Counted from the stretch's first letter, positions 8,934 through 21,527 are shown. The stretch is 44,684 bases of DNA from Polyangiaceae bacterium (GCA_044222475.1 JBGANF010000066.1:1-44684); one strand, 5' to 3'. Made by a program: numbers and translations. The notes: a model not told the origin generated them from the letters alone.

Positions 8934-9851
8934 GTGCAGTACCCCCAAGGCGGCTACGGCCTCCCGCCCGGACAACAGCCCCCCCCCTACTACGGCGGCT
9001 ATCCGCCCCAACCGCCCAAGCCGTCCGGCGGCGGCGCCGCGCTGTGGATCATGGCGGCGATCGCGTTGCTCATGGTCTTCGTCGGGCTGTTCGCCGGCGG
9101 CGCGTTCTTGTTCACCGCCCGTCGGCGGGCGGCGGCGGTCGCGCCGCCGAGCACGGTGACCTACGCCCCCATCCGCGGCGGCGGCGGCACGACGGCAACC
9201 GTGACCGCGACGACTGCACGGCCGCCCACCGTCACCGCCCCGGACACCTCGGTCCACGTCGTCCCGATCGGATCGAGCCCGACCCGCGGACCTTCGACCG
9301 CGCTCGTCACCATCGTCGAGTTCTCCGAGTTCCAGTGCCCGTTCTGCCAGAAAGTGCAGCCGACGCTCGACCGCGTGCGCACCGACTACGGCAACGAGGT
9401 GCGGTTCGTCTGGAAGAACGAGCCGCTCCCGATGCACGCGCAGGCCGAGCCGGCCGCCGAGCTCGCGCTCGAGGCGCGGAGTCAAAAGGGCGAGACGATG
9501 TTCTGGTCGATCCACGACGCGCTGTTCGCCGATCAAGCGCACATCGCGATGCCCGATCTGCTCGCCCTCGCGCGCCGCTTCGGCCTCAACGAGTCGGCCG
9601 TCTCGACCGCGATCCTCACGAAGAAGTGGTCGGCGCCGATCTCCGCCGACCAGACCCTCGCGAGCTCGCTCGGCGCGACGGGAACGCCGACGTTCTTCAT
9701 CAACGGCCGCAAGCTCGTCGGCGCGCAGCCCTACGAGAAGTTCAAGGACCTCATCGACTCCGAGATGACCGCGGCAAGGGCCGAGCTCGCGAAGGGCACG
9801 TCCCGCGCGAACCTCTACGACACGCTGACCGCGCGCACGTCGGCGCCCTGA
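8934..9851 (+). CDS. Membrane-anchored DsbA/thioredoxin-fold protein
   Basis: VTIVEFSEFQCPFC, VRFVWKNEPL and GATGTPTFFING motifs; Pro-rich N-terminus followed by a TM helix. Confidence 0.9.
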   Translation: MQYPQGGYGLPPGQQPPPYYGGYPPQPPKPSGGGAALWIMAAIALLMVFVGLFAGGAFLFTARRRAAAVAPPSTVTYAPIRGGGGTTATVTATTARPPTVTAPDTSVHVVPIGSSPTRGPSTALVTIVEFSEFQCPFCQKVQPTLDRVRTDYGNEVRFVWKNEPLPMHAQAEPAAELALEARSQKGETMFWSIHDALFADQAHIAMPDLLALARRFGLNESAVSTAILTKKWSAPISADQTLASSLGATGTPTFFINGRKLVGAQPYEKFKDLIDSEMTAARAELAKGTSRANLYDTLTARTSAP

Positions 9852-11342
9852 TCAACCCATCCAGGTCTGATCCTTCTGGAGCGCCCACTTGCTCGTGATC
9901 TTTCGCTGGCGCGTCCAGAAGCGGTAGCCGTCCCACCCGGTGAGGTTGCCGGCGCCGAACGCCGAGTCGTTCCAACCGCCGAAGCCGAACGGCTCGCGCG
10001 GGACCGGAACGCCGACGTTCACGCCGCACATTCCCGCCTCGACGCGCTCCATCACGCGCCGCGCGACGTCGCCGCTGGTCGTGTAGATGCTCGACGCGTT
10101 GCCGTACGGGTTCGAGTTCTCGATCTCGAGCGCCTTCTCGAGGTTGGGCACGCGCACGATCGTGAGGACCGGGCCGAAGATCTCTTCCTTCGCCGCATCC
10201 ATCTCTGCGCTCGCGTGATCGATGATGGTCGGGCCGACCCAGAAGCCGCCCGCGTCCGCCTTCTTGCCGCGACCATCGAGCACGATCTTCGCGCCCGACT
10301 TCTCCGCGCCGGCGATGTAACCCTCGATGCGCTTCTCGGCGACCTCGGTCGTGACCGGGCCCATGTCCTTGCCGGTGACGAGCTTCGCGGCCTTCTCCTG
10401 GATGGCCTTGATGATGTGATCGACCTCGCCCACCGCGAGGAGGACCGACGCCGCCATGCAGCGCTGACCCGCACACCCGGTGAACGACGCGACGACGTTG
10501 TCGGCCGTGACCTGCACGTCCGCGTCGGGCACGACGATGAGGTGGTTCTTCGCGCCGCCGAGACAGAGCGCGCGCTTGCCCTCCACCGACGAGCGCCCGT
10601 AGACCGTCTTCGCGACCCGCGTCGAGCCGACGAAGCCGACCGCGCGGATCTTCGGGTGATCGCAGATCGCCTCGACCACCTCGCGACCGCCTTGCACGAT
10701 GTTGAGCACGCCCTTCGGCAGCCCGGCCTCGGTGAAGAGCTCGGCGAGGCGCATCGTGGTGAGCGGCACGCGCTCGCTCGGCTTGAGGAGGAACGAGTTA
10801 CCGCCGACGAGCGCCTGCGGAAGCATCCACAGCGGCACCATGATCGGGAAGTTGAACGGCACGATCCCGGCGACGACGCCGAGCGGCTCGTAGACCACTT
10901 CGCAGGTCACGCCGCGCGACACGTCGAGCTGGTTTCCGGCGGCGAGGTTCGGGAGCGAGCAGCCGTACTCGACGCACTCGATGCCCTTCTCGACCTCGGC
11001 CTGGGCCTCGGCGAAGAGCTTGCCGTTCTCGTGGCAGACGAGCCACGACAGCTCGGCGAGGTTCTTCGTCATGAGCTCGCGCAGCTTGTAGAGGATGTGC
11101 GCGCGATCGCGGATGGGCCACTCGCGCCACTCCTTGAACGCCGCCTCGCCCGCGTGGACCGCGGCGTCGACGTCGTCCTTGCCGCCCATCTTCACCTTCG
11201 CCATCGCCTTGCCGTGGCGCGGGTTCAGGACCTCTTGGGTCGCCTTCGACGTGGCCGGATCGCGCCACTCGCCGCCGATCCAGTGGCGGGCATCGACGAA
11301 GGTCGTGAAATCGTAGCTCTTGGCGGAGAACATCGGGATCAT
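9852..11342 (-). CDS. mmsA: CoA-acylating (methyl)malonate-semialdehyde dehydrogenase
   Basis: PFNFP, LKPSE, FVGST, LGGAKNH, GCAGQRCMA, EEIFGPVL and GVNVGVPVP motifs. Start at 11342 or 11333. Confidence 0.92.
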   Translation of the reverse strand: MIPMFSAKSYDFTTFVDARHWIGGEWRDPATSKATQEVLNPRHGKAMAKVKMGGKDDVDAAVHAGEAAFKEWREWPIRDRAHILYKLRELMTKNLAELSWLVCHENGKLFAEAQAEVEKGIECVEYGCSLPNLAAGNQLDVSRGVTCEVVYEPLGVVAGIVPFNFPIMVPLWMLPQALVGGNSFLLKPSERVPLTTMRLAELFTEAGLPKGVLNIVQGGREVVEAICDHPKIRAVGFVGSTRVAKTVYGRSSVEGKRALCLGGAKNHLIVVPDADVQVTADNVVASFTGCAGQRCMAASVLLAVGEVDHIIKAIQEKAAKLVTGKDMGPVTTEVAEKRIEGYIAGAEKSGAKIVLDGRGKKADAGGFWVGPTIIDHASAEMDAAKEEIFGPVLTIVRVPNLEKALEIENSNPYGNASSIYTTSGDVARRVMERVEAGMCGVNVGVPVPREPFGFGGWNDSAFGAGNLTGWDGYRFWTRQRKITSKWALQKDQTWMG

Positions 11343-11389
11343 GGTCGCCCTTTTTCGCACAGAAACGGGGGTCGCGCCAGGCTCGGGGG

Positions 11390-12400
11390 CTACTTCAAGT
11401 CGGGCCCGCCGCCCACGGGGAGGATGGCGACCGGTGCCTTCACCATCGCCTTCTGCGACGTCACCTTGCCGTCCGAGCCGATGACCTTCAGGTCCTCTCC
11501 GACGACGGTCCACACGCGGCTGCGCCCGTCGACTGCGAACACTTCGCCGCTCTGCTGCGCGAGGATCTTGCACCCGCCGTCGGGTCCGACGAAGAGGAGC
11601 GTGCTCCCGTCGGTGCGCACGACGGCGGTGCCGTTGTCGCTCACGGCGATCGTGCCCTTGTCGATCTTGTTCGGCAGGCGGAAGGTCTTCGCCGTCTCCT
11701 TGTCGCCACCGCCGACGACGACCGACTCGTGACCCAGCACGTAGACTCCGCCGGTCCTTCGCCCCGCGAGCGCGACGATCGACGAAGGCGCCCACGTCGC
11801 GACCACCATCGACTCCGTTCCTCCGCCCGCGGGGTTCGCGAGGTACAGCTTCGAGTCGCCCAGGCCGCCGCCCCACACCTGACCGCGCCCGTCGAGCGCG
11901 CGCGGCGAGAGATCGAGCTTGGTGCCGAAGGAGAGCGCGTTGGTCTCGACCCTGCCCGACCAGAGCGCGTCGCTCAGCAGATTCACGACCGCGCCACCCC
12001 CGGTCATCGCGAGCTCCGTGTGCTTCGACGTGAGTAGCGCACCGCGGGTCTTGTCGCCGTACGACAACACCTTCGTCCAGCCCTTCGTGTCGCGCCGAAA
12101 CAGCGCGCTCCAGCTCGACGCGAACGGAGTGCCGTCCTTCCCCTGCGCGATCGCGACGAAGGTCTGCGCCTCGCGCGTCGTCGTCCCTTTGATGTCGATG
12201 CGCACGGTGCCATCCGTGCCGAGAAGCCACGCGTCACCCGCGGGGAGCGGCGCCGGCGCGACGAACGGAGGGATCGTCGGCGTCGGCGGTGGCGTCGGCG
12301 CGGCCGTCGCGGTGGTCGTCGTGTCGGTCGTGGGTGGAGGCTTCTTGCATCCGAGCGCCACCGCGAGAGCCGCGGCGACGATCGCCGGACGTCGGATCAT
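11390..12400 (-). CDS. Hypothetical lipoprotein (beta-rich, possibly propeller-like)
   Basis: MIRRPAIVAAALAVALGC lipobox; Thr/Pro linker; ATG immediately follows the hydA stop. Confidence 0.75.
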   Translation of the reverse strand: MIRRPAIVAAALAVALGCKKPPPTTDTTTTATAAPTPPPTPTIPPFVAPAPLPAGDAWLLGTDGTVRIDIKGTTTREAQTFVAIAQGKDGTPFASSWSALFRRDTKGWTKVLSYGDKTRGALLTSKHTELAMTGGGAVVNLLSDALWSGRVETNALSFGTKLDLSPRALDGRGQVWGGGLGDSKLYLANPAGGGTESMVVATWAPSSIVALAGRRTGGVYVLGHESVVVGGGDKETAKTFRLPNKIDKGTIAVSDNGTAVVRTDGSTLLFVGPDGGCKILAQQSGEVFAVDGRSRVWTVVGEDLKVIGSDGKVTSQKAMVKAPVAILPVGGGPDLK

Positions 12401-13879
<1,479 letters not shown>

Positions 13880-14755
13880 CTACTTCCGGACAATCTCGTC
13901 GTACGCGTCCGGGCGACGGTCGCGGTAGAACTGCCACGTGGAGCGCACGGTCTCGATCATGCCGAGATCGAGGTCGGACACGAGGAGCTCGTCCTTGTCC
14001 TCGCTGGCGCACGCGACGATCTGGCCGCGCGGGTCGGCGAAGTAGCTCGTCCCGTAGAACTTGCCGATGTTCCACGGCGCCTCGGTGCCGACGCGGTTCG
14101 ACGCCGCCATGAAGTAGCCGTTCGCGGCGGCGTGCGCCGTCTGCTCGAGCTTCCACAGGTACTGCGAGAGCCCGGCGACGGTGGCCGACGGGTTGAAGAC
14201 GATCTCGGCGCCGTTGAGGCCGAGGCACCGCGCGCCCTCGGGGAAGTGGCGGTCGTAGCAGATGTAGACGCCGACCTTGGCGTAGGCGGTCTGGAAGACG
14301 GGGTACCCGCCGTTGCCCGGCTTGAAGAAGAACTTCTCGAAGAAGCCCGGGTTCACGTGGGGGATGTGCTGCTTCCGGTACTTGCCCAAATAGGTACCGT
14401 CGGCGTCGATCACCGCCGCCGTGTTGTAGAGCACGCCGGGCATCTCCTTCTCGTAGACGGGGACGACCATCACCATCTTGTACTTCTTGGCGTAGGTGCT
14501 CATGAGCTCGACCATGGGGCCGGGCACCGGCTCCGCCGCCTCGTACCAGCGCGTGTCTTGGCTGGGGCAGAAGTAGGGGCCGTTGAAGATCTCCTGGAGG
14601 CCCAGGATCTGAACGCCCTTCTTCCCCGCGTCCTCGATGAACGGGATGTGCTTGTCGAGCATCGCCTTCTGGATCTCGGCGACGGGCTTCGTCTCGTCAT
14701 TCAGCGGGTTGGAACACTGGATCAGTCCACAACGAACGATTCTCGGCTTGCTCAT
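13880..14755 (-). CDS. Nitrilase-family beta-ureidopropionase (N-carbamoyl-beta-alanine amidohydrolase)
   Basis: Glu-Lys-Cys triad motifs LQEIF, YRKQHIP and ICYDRHFPE; located within the pyrimidine-catabolism operon. Confidence 0.88.
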   Translation of the reverse strand: MSKPRIVRCGLIQCSNPLNDETKPVAEIQKAMLDKHIPFIEDAGKKGVQILGLQEIFNGPYFCPSQDTRWYEAAEPVPGPMVELMSTYAKKYKMVMVVPVYEKEMPGVLYNTAAVIDADGTYLGKYRKQHIPHVNPGFFEKFFFKPGNGGYPVFQTAYAKVGVYICYDRHFPEGARCLGLNGAEIVFNPSATVAGLSQYLWKLEQTAHAAANGYFMAASNRVGTEAPWNIGKFYGTSYFADPRGQIVACASEDKDELLVSDLDLGMIETVRSTWQFYRDRRPDAYDEIVRK

Positions 14756-14757
14756 GA

Positions 14758-16032
14758 CTAGTGGGCTCCCTTTTTCGGACGGAGTTTTGCGCCCTTTTCG
14801 ACGTGCTCGTTCCACGTCGCCGGCGGCAGACCGTTCTTCACCTCGACCATCGAGATGCAGCCCGCGACCGGGCACACGATCTGGCAGAGGTTGCACCCGA
14901 CGCACTCGCTCTCGTCGATCACCGGCACGCGCGTCTTCCCGCTCTTGTCGGGGTGGATGCACTGGTGCGCGCCGTCGTCGCAGGCGATCATGCAGAGCTG
15001 ACAGCCGATGCACTTGTTCGCGTCGATCTTGGCGATCGTCTCGTAGTTGAGGTCGAGGTTGCCCCACTCCGAGAAGCTCGGCACGGCCTTGCCGATCATC
15101 TGATCGAGCGTCTTGAAGCCGTGCGTGTCCATGTAGTCCTCGAGGCCTTCGATCATGTCCTCGACGACGCGGTAACCGCGCAGCATGACCTCGGTGCAGA
15201 CCTGCAGCGAGCTCGACCCGAGGAGCAGGAACTCCACCGCGTCGCGCCAGTTCGAGATGCCGCCGATGCCGCTGATCGGCAGACCGAAGCGCTGATCGCG
15301 CGCGAGCGCGCCGACCATGTGCAGCGCGATCGGCTTCACCGCCGAGCCGCAGTAGCCGCCGTTGGTGCTGAGCTGACCGACGCGCGGCTCGAGCACGAAG
15401 CGATCGATGTCGACGCCGATGATGCTCTTGATCGTGTTGATGAGCGACACGCCGTGCGCGCCGCCTCGCTTCGCCGCGAGCCCGTGCGGAAGGATGTCGG
15501 ACACGTTCGGCGTGAGCTTCACGAGCACCGGGATCGTCGAGTACTCGACCGCCCACGACGTGATCTCCTGGTTGACCTTCGGCTCTTGGCCGACGGCCGA
15601 GCCCATGCCGCGCTCGCACATGCCGTGGGGACAGCCGAAGTTGAGCTCGAGGCCGTCGGCGCCGGTGTCGACCGAGCGCTTGATGATGTCCTTCCACTCC
15701 TCGCGCGTCTCGACCATGAGCGACACGATCACCGCGTGCTTCGGGTACTTCTTCTTCGTGTCGGCGATCTCCTTGAAGTTCACCTCGAGCGGGCGGTCGG
15801 TGATGAGCTCGATGTTGTTGAACCCCGCGCCCTGCACGCCGCGCACGTTCGTGGCGCCGAAGCGGCTCGACACGTTCTGGATCGGTTGACCGAGGGTCTT
15901 CCAGACCGCGCCACCCCAGCCCGCGTCGAACGCGCGCTGCACTTGACCGCCCGAGTTCGCGGGCGGAGCCGACGCGAGCCAGAACGGGTTCGGTGACTTG
16001 ATGCCTCCGCAGTTCGTCGACAGATCAGCCAT
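14758..16032 (-). CDS. preA: NAD-dependent dihydropyrimidine dehydrogenase, PreA subunit
   Basis: NPFWLASAPP, GWGGAVWKT, NNIELITDR, ELNFGCPHGMCERGMG and KLTPN motifs; C-terminal 2x[4Fe-4S] Cys motifs. Confidence 0.95.
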   Translation of the reverse strand: MADLSTNCGGIKSPNPFWLASAPPANSGGQVQRAFDAGWGGAVWKTLGQPIQNVSSRFGATNVRGVQGAGFNNIELITDRPLEVNFKEIADTKKKYPKHAVIVSLMVETREEWKDIIKRSVDTGADGLELNFGCPHGMCERGMGSAVGQEPKVNQEITSWAVEYSTIPVLVKLTPNVSDILPHGLAAKRGGAHGVSLINTIKSIIGVDIDRFVLEPRVGQLSTNGGYCGSAVKPIALHMVGALARDQRFGLPISGIGGISNWRDAVEFLLLGSSSLQVCTEVMLRGYRVVEDMIEGLEDYMDTHGFKTLDQMIGKAVPSFSEWGNLDLNYETIAKIDANKCIGCQLCMIACDDGAHQCIHPDKSGKTRVPVIDESECVGCNLCQIVCPVAGCISMVEVKNGLPPATWNEHVEKGAKLRPKKGAH

Positions 16033-17335
16033 GCTTGGCTCCGGTGAGGTACGTGTGAATCGCGCGCGCGGCGGCCTTGCCCTCGGCCGCTGCGTTGACC
16101 ACTTCTTTGCCGCCGTTGCGGCAGTCGCCGCCGGCGAACCAGCCCTTGCGGCCGGTGCAGCCGTGCTCGTCGGTGACGACGCGCCCGGACTCGATCTTGA
16201 TCCCCTCAATCTTGGACAGGAGCTGTCCGAGCTTCGACTGACCGATGGCGATGAGCACGAGCTGCGCGTCGATCGTGAAGTCGCTGCCGGCGATCGGCTT
16301 CTTGTTCGCGTCGAGCTTCTGACAGTGCACCGTCTCGACCTTGCCGTTTCCGGTGAGCTTGGTCGCGATCGAGTGCCACTCGGCGTGGATGTCCTCGGTC
16401 TGGGCTGCCTTCCACTCGTGGTGGTAGCCGCTCATCTTCTCTTCGTTGCCGCGGTAGAGCATCGTGACGCGCTCGGCGCCGAGGCCCTTCGCTTCGCGCA
16501 CGGCGTCGAGGGCGGTGTTGCCACCGCCGACCACGACCGCGTGCTTCACGTTGGCCTTCTCCTTGCCGAGCTTCATGCGCTCGATCCAGTCGACGGCGCC
16601 GTAGACGCCGGCGAGGTCTTCGCCCGGGCATCCCAATTTGGTATCGACGCCGAGCCCGGCGCCGAAGAACACCGCGTCGTGCTTCTTCTCGAGGTCCTCG
16701 AAGGTGATCGCCGTGCCGACGTCCACGCCGGTCTTCACCTCGATGCCGCCGATGCCGAGGATCCACTCGACCTCTTCGACGCTGCGATCGGCCTTCATCT
16801 TGTACGGCGCGACGCCGGTGGTGTTGAGGCCGCCGATGACGGGGCGCTTCTCGAAGATGGTGCACTTGTGACCGAAGCGGCGTAGCTCGTGCGCGCACGC
16901 GAGCGACGCCGGGCCACCGCCGACGAGAGCGACGTGCTTGCCGGTGTCCTTGCCGGCCTCGAAGAAGCGCTGCTTGCGCTCGAACGCGCGATCGGTCGCG
17001 TAGCGCTGCAGCTTGCCGATCTGAATCGGCGGCATGCCGAGGTGGTTGTAGACGCAGTCACCCACGCAGAGCACCTCGACCGGGCACACGCGAGCGCAGC
17101 TCATCCCGAGGATGTTCGACTCGAAGATCGTGCGAGCCGAGCCCTTCTCGTTGCCGGTCGCGATCTTCCGGATGAACTCCGGGATCTCGATGCTCGTCGG
17201 GCACGCTTTGATGCACGGCGCGTCGGCGCAGTAGAGGCAGCGGTTCGCCTCGACGATCGCCTGGTCGCGCGTGTACTCGCCCTTGAAGTCTTCGAAGACC
17301 GTCTCGGAGCGATCTTCCTTCAGCGGATCCGCCAT
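16025..17335 (-). CDS. preT: Dihydropyrimidine dehydrogenase PreT (GltD-like Fe-S flavoprotein) subunit
   Basis: [42 protein letters not shown] and FAGGDC motifs; overlaps the preA start. Confidence 0.9.
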   Translation of the reverse strand: MADPLKEDRSETVFEDFKGEYTRDQAIVEANRCLYCADAPCIKACPTSIEIPEFIRKIATGNEKGSARTIFESNILGMSCARVCPVEVLCVGDCVYNHLGMPPIQIGKLQRYATDRAFERKQRFFEAGKDTGKHVALVGGGPASLACAHELRRFGHKCTIFEKRPVIGGLNTTGVAPYKMKADRSVEEVEWILGIGGIEVKTGVDVGTAITFEDLEKKHDAVFFGAGLGVDTKLGCPGEDLAGVYGAVDWIERMKLGKEKANVKHAVVVGGGNTALDAVREAKGLGAERVTMLYRGNEEKMSGYHHEWKAAQTEDIHAEWHSIATKLTGNGKVETVHCQKLDANKKPIAGSDFTIDAQLVLIAIGQSKLGQLLSKIEGIKIESGRVVTDEHGCTGRKGWFAGGDCRNGGKEVVNAAAEGKAAARAIHTYLTGAKHG

Positions 17336-17507
17336 GTGTCTCCCTCGAGTGAAGCGCGCGAAACTAGTCGAAAAGTGGCGAGGCGCCAAGCGTGGGCTGG
17401 CCTAGTCACTTCGTACCGATTGGCCCACTTGGTTCAGCGCCTATTTGGGGCTTGGCTCTACCTGGACGCCGAAACTGGTGCCACAACTAGGCCAATCGGA
17501 GGACGCG
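17336..17507. promoter_or_regulatory. Divergent promoter region with repeated and inverted TGGC-core motifs (candidate MocR-family operator)
   Basis: ccgattggcc 17416-17425 versus ggccaatcgg 17490-17499; tggcctagt 17398-17406 versus actaggcca 17486-17494; tggctcta at 17453-17460. Confidence 0.5.
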
Positions 17508-19028
17508 ATGAACGAGGACGTCGGATTGACCGTGGACCCGCGGCGGGACGAGCCGATCTACCGGCAGATTTTCGACCAGGTCGTCGCCCGGGTGCAGGCC
17601 GGGACGTTCCCCGCCGGGTACAAGCTCCCGCCGAGCCGCGTCCTCGCGAAGACGCTGCAGACCCACCGCAACACGGTGGCGCGCGCCTACGCGGATCTCG
17701 AGGACGCCGGGTTCGTCACGTCGACCGTGGGCCGCGGCACGTTCGTCGAGCCCCAGTCCGATCGCGCGAAGGCCCGCGCCGGCGCCGCCGAGTCGGGCGG
17801 CATGCCGTGGTCGCAGCTGCTCTCGCGCGGAGCCCGCGTCGAGACCCTCGGACGCGCCGAGCGGTTCCACCGGCCGAACGTCGGCAAGGACGTCGTCAAC
17901 ATGGTCCGCATGCAGCCGTCGGAGGATCTCCTCCCCGACGACCTGATGCGCCGCTCGATCGAGCGCGTCCTCGCCGAGCTCGGCGCGAAGGCCCTCGCCT
18001 ACGCGCCGCCCGAAGGTCTGCCGCGCCTCCGCGAGCAGATCGCGATCGACCTGGTGTCGCGCGGAGTGCCGGCCACCGCCGACGACGTCCTCGTCACGAC
18101 CGGCAGCCAGCAAGCCCTCGATCTGGTGACGCGCGCGCTCGTCGATCCCGGCGACGCGATCCTCGTCGATCCGACCACCTACTCCGGCGCGATCGACGTG
18201 TTCTCCCTCGCCGGCGCGCGGCTGCTCTCGGTCGCGCGCGACGGCGAAGGTCCGGACCCGCGCTCGCTCGAGCGGTTCTCGCGCTCCGGCGCGAAGGCGC
18301 TCTACCTCATGCCCAACGGCCACAACCCGACCGGGCTCACCATCTCGGCCGCGCGCCGGCACGAGCTCGTCGCGTGGTCGCGCGCCGCCGGCATCCCCAT
18401 CATCGAGGACGACTACGGCGCCGGGCTCATGCTCGACGATCACGGCGCGCCGCCTCACCTCCGCGCGCTCGACGCCGACGTGATCCACGTCTCCACGTTC
18501 AGCAAGCGGCTCATCCCTGCCCTCCGCGCCGGGCTCGTCGTCGCGCCGCCGTCCCTGCGAAACGTGATCCGTCCGATGAAACGCGTGATGGATCTCGGGA
18601 CGTCGGCGGTGCTGCAGCACGCCCTCGCGGACTTCCTCGAGCGCGGCTACCTGCGCGCTCACACCACGCGCGTCGTCTCGGCGTATCGCGCTCGGCGCGA
18701 CGCGCTCGAAGGCGCGCTGCGGAAGTCGATGCCGAAGGACGTGCGCTGGGACCGGCCGAGCCACGGCGTCGTCCTATGGCTCCGATTGCCGAAGGAGATC
18801 GACCCGGAGCGCCTCTACGAAGAGGCGCTCCGCCAAGGCGTGCTCGTGAGCCCGAGCGCGCTGTGGGCGGTCGAGCCGGGCACCGAGCGCGGCGTTCGGC
18901 TCGCGTTCTGCGCCGAGCCGCCGGAGCGGCTGGTGCTCGGCGCGCAGCGGCTCGGAAAAGCGATGAAGGTGCTGCTCGGCAGCACCACGAAGGACCGGCG
19001 CGAGCCGGCCGCGATGGAGGTGGTGTGA
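17508..19028 (+). CDS. MocR/GabR-family PLP-binding transcriptional regulator (PdxR-like)
   Basis: GntR wHTH ([22 protein letters not shown]) plus aminotransferase-like domain ([24 protein letters not shown]); GGAGG RBS. Confidence 0.92.
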   Translation: MNEDVGLTVDPRRDEPIYRQIFDQVVARVQAGTFPAGYKLPPSRVLAKTLQTHRNTVARAYADLEDAGFVTSTVGRGTFVEPQSDRAKARAGAAESGGMPWSQLLSRGARVETLGRAERFHRPNVGKDVVNMVRMQPSEDLLPDDLMRRSIERVLAELGAKALAYAPPEGLPRLREQIAIDLVSRGVPATADDVLVTTGSQQALDLVTRALVDPGDAILVDPTTYSGAIDVFSLAGARLLSVARDGEGPDPRSLERFSRSGAKALYLMPNGHNPTGLTISAARRHELVAWSRAAGIPIIEDDYGAGLMLDDHGAPPHLRALDADVIHVSTFSKRLIPALRAGLVVAPPSLRNVIRPMKRVMDLGTSAVLQHALADFLERGYLRAHTTRVVSAYRARRDALEGALRKSMPKDVRWDRPSHGVVLWLRLPKEIDPERLYEEALRQGVLVSPSALWAVEPGTERGVRLAFCAEPPERLVLGAQRLGKAMKVLLGSTTKDRREPAAMEVV

Positions 19029-19927
19029 TGAGCACGATGAGCACGATGAACAAGGCGACGACGACGACGAAGCTCGGCCTCTCGGAGATGCTGAAGGGCG
19101 GCGTCATCATGGACGTGATCGACGCCGAGCAAGCGAAGATCGCCGAAGCGGCCGGAGCGGTCGCGGTGATGGCGCTCGAACGCGTGCCGGCGCAGATCCG
19201 CGCCGAAGGCGGCGTGGCGCGCGCGTCGGACCCAGCGATGATCCGCGCGATCCAGAAGGCGGTGACGATCCCGGTGATGGCGAAGTGCCGCATCGGGCAC
19301 ACCATGGAGGCGAAGATCCTCGAGGCGCTCGAGGTCGACTTCATCGACGAGAGCGAGGTGCTCACCCCCGCCGACGACGAGTTCCACATCGACAAGGCGC
19401 CGTTCAAGGCGCCGTTCGTGTGCGGCTGCCGCGATCTCGGCGAAGCGCTGCGCCGCATCGGCGAAGGCGCGTCGCTCCTGCGCACCAAAGGCGAGGCCGG
19501 CACCGGCGACGTCGTCGAAGCGGTCCGCCACCTGCGCAAGCTGCGCACGCAGATCCGGCGGCTGACGACGCTCGCCCCCGACGAGCTGGTCCGCGAAGCG
19601 AAGGAGCTCGGCGCGCCGCTCGATCTGGTGAAGCTCGTCGCCGAGCGCGGGAAGCTCCCCGTCCCGAACTTCGCGGCGGGCGGCATCGCGACCCCGGCCG
19701 ACGCGGCGCTCTGCATGTCGCTCGGCGCCGAGTCGGTGTTCGTCGGCAGCGGCATCTTCCTCTCGGACGACCCCGCGAAGCGCGCGCGCGCGATGGTGCT
19801 CGCGGTGACGTCGTGGGATGACCCGGCCAAGCTCGCCGAGGTGTCCACGAGCCTCGGCAAGCCGATGCGATCGATCGAGGCCTCGAAGCTCGTCAACGGC
19901 GAGCGACTCGCGGCCCGCGGGGCGTGA
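19028..19927 (+). CDS. pdxS: Pyridoxal 5'-phosphate synthase, lyase subunit
   Basis: [63 protein letters not shown] and VFVGSGIF motifs. TGATG overlap with the regulator; alternative in-frame ATGs at 19037 and 19046. Confidence 0.96.
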   Translation: MSTMSTMNKATTTTKLGLSEMLKGGVIMDVIDAEQAKIAEAAGAVAVMALERVPAQIRAEGGVARASDPAMIRAIQKAVTIPVMAKCRIGHTMEAKILEALEVDFIDESEVLTPADDEFHIDKAPFKAPFVCGCRDLGEALRRIGEGASLLRTKGEAGTGDVVEAVRHLRKLRTQIRRLTTLAPDELVREAKELGAPLDLVKLVAERGKLPVPNFAAGGIATPADAALCMSLGAESVFVGSGIFLSDDPAKRARAMVLAVTSWDDPAKLAEVSTSLGKPMRSIEASKLVNGERLAARGA

Positions 19928-19928
19928 C

Positions 19929-20513
19929 GTGTCCCACATTGGGATCCTCGCGGTCCAGGGTGCGTTCGAGGCTCACGCGAACGTGCTCCGGCGTCTCGGC
20001 CACGAGGTCGTCTTGGTGCGGAGGCCGTCGGACTTCGGGGCGCTCGACGGCCTCGCGCTCCCCGGCGGCGAGAGCACCGTCCAGCTCGGCCTCGTCGCCG
20101 ACCTCGGTCTCGAGGCGCCTCTCCGCGAGCTCGTCCAGCGCGGCAGGCCCGTCCTCGCGACCTGCGCGGGGGTGATCCTCCTCGCGCGTCACGTGCGCAA
20201 CCCACCTCAGCGGAGCTTCGAGCTCCTCGACGTCACCGTCGCGCGGAACGCGTGGGGCCGCCAGGTGGACAGCTTCGAGGCCGTCTCCGAGAACGGCGCG
20301 CCCCTCGTCTTCATCCGAGCGCCCCGCATCGTCGAGACCGGCCCGAGCGTCGAGGTCCTCGATCGCTACGCCGGCGAGCCGATCCTGGTGCGGCAAGGGA
20401 ACGTCGTCGGAGCGACGTTCCACCCGGAGCTCGCCGGCGAAACGCTGCATCGCGCGGTCTTCGGAGAGGGACAGGGAAGGACGAGCGCGGGGACGCGTAC
20501 ATATACGCCGTAA
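19929..20513 (+). CDS. pdxT: Pyridoxal 5'-phosphate synthase, glutaminase subunit
   Basis: GILAVQGAF, PGGEST, TCAG, RNAWGRQVDSFE, VFIRAP and FHPEL motifs. Confidence 0.95.
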   Translation: MSHIGILAVQGAFEAHANVLRRLGHEVVLVRRPSDFGALDGLALPGGESTVQLGLVADLGLEAPLRELVQRGRPVLATCAGVILLARHVRNPPQRSFELLDVTVARNAWGRQVDSFEAVSENGAPLVFIRAPRIVETGPSVEVLDRYAGEPILVRQGNVVGATFHPELAGETLHRAVFGEGQGRTSAGTRTYTP

Positions 20514-20557
20514 ACATCGCCACGTGAGGCGATGTCCTCACCCAAAGGACTTATTCC

Positions 20558-21145
20558 ATGCGCTCGTTTCTCTTTGCCTCTGCCGTCGTTCTCCTCGCTA
20601 CCGCCTGCAGCAAGCCCTCCGCCGACGCGAAGCCCGCGTCGTCGACGTCCATCACCGCCGCCACCGTCCCCGCGGCGACGACCGCCGCTGCGGCGCCCGC
20701 GCCGACCGGTCCGGTGTTCAAGGCGAAGATGATGGGGATGGACATGTCGAAGCCGCTCGTCGAGACGAGCCTCGCTCCCGCGGGGTTGGACGGCCTCGTC
20801 CTCCAGGCGCCGGAAGGCGCCAAGGTCGAGAAGCACGTCCCGGGGGGAGGCGCTCGCGTCGTCGCTGCCGGCGTGAACTACTCGGTCGCGATCCGCGAGG
20901 CGAAGTTCGATCCGAAGAGCGTGAAGGACACCTACAAGATCATCGACCCCAAGGGCACGATCCTCACGGATACGCCCGATCTCGTGATCTTCCAGCGCGC
21001 CGACGGCGGCTCCGTCCTGTTCAACATGAGCGTGACCGCGGGCGACAAGAAGTACACGTGCAGCAGCGTCGCGACGGCGGCGTCGTTCACCCGCGACGTC
21101 ATCGACCAGACGATCGAGAGCTGCAAGACGCTTCAGAAGAAGTGA
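20558..21145 (+). CDS. Hypothetical lipoprotein
   Basis: AAAGGA RBS; MRSFLFASAVVLLATAC lipobox; Ala/Thr linker. Confidence 0.8.
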   Translation: MRSFLFASAVVLLATACSKPSADAKPASSTSITAATVPAATTAAAAPAPTGPVFKAKMMGMDMSKPLVETSLAPAGLDGLVLQAPEGAKVEKHVPGGGARVVAAGVNYSVAIREAKFDPKSVKDTYKIIDPKGTILTDTPDLVIFQRADGGSVLFNMSVTAGDKKYTCSSVATAASFTRDVIDQTIESCKTLQKK

Positions 21146-21152
21146 GCGGACC

Positions 21153-21527
21153 TCAGGCCGGAAGAACGGCCACCGTCGGAAAGTGATGCTGCAAGCGTCG
21201 GAGGTCCTCGAGATCCGACGTGTACACGACTCCTCCGCCCCGCAACGCAGCCGATGCCATGACGATGGCATCCGCGATCGTGGCCCCGCGTACGTGGGCC
21301 AGTGCTTCCCCCGCGGCGCGGCACAACGTTCGTGGCATGTCTTCGACGACGACGGCCGCGAGGATCTCCTCGCGAACGTCGGTCCGGCCGCGCCACCACT
21401 CGACGTGGACGATCGCGGGCACGACCGGTAGATGACCCCGGGCGATGATGGCGCGGAACGCCATCATCGCGCTCCGCTTTCGGCGCTCGAGCGCGATGAG
21501 CATCCCGGTGTCGAACGTGAAGGTCAC
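21153..21527 (-). CDS. PIN-domain (VapC-like) toxin
   Basis: FDTGMLIA, VPAIVHVEW, TIADAIVMASA and VYTSDLEDL acidic PIN pattern; GTG overlaps the antitoxin stop. Confidence 0.88.
   Translation of the reverse strand: MTFTFDTGMLIALERRKRSAMMAFRAIIARGHLPVVPAIVHVEWWRGRTDVREEILAAVVVEDMPRTLCRAAGEALAHVRGATIADAIVMASAALRGGGVVYTSDLEDLRRLQHHFPTVAVLPA

Noticed and set aside
16025..17335. Glutamate synthase small subunit (gltD)
   Set aside because: The fold is homologous, but the gene overlaps preA and no gltB is present, so PreT is the better call.
19028..19050. ATGAGCACG tandem repeat at the pdxS start as a phase-variation tract
   Set aside because: The unit is 9 bp, in frame and only about 2.5 copies; it merely gives alternative start codons.
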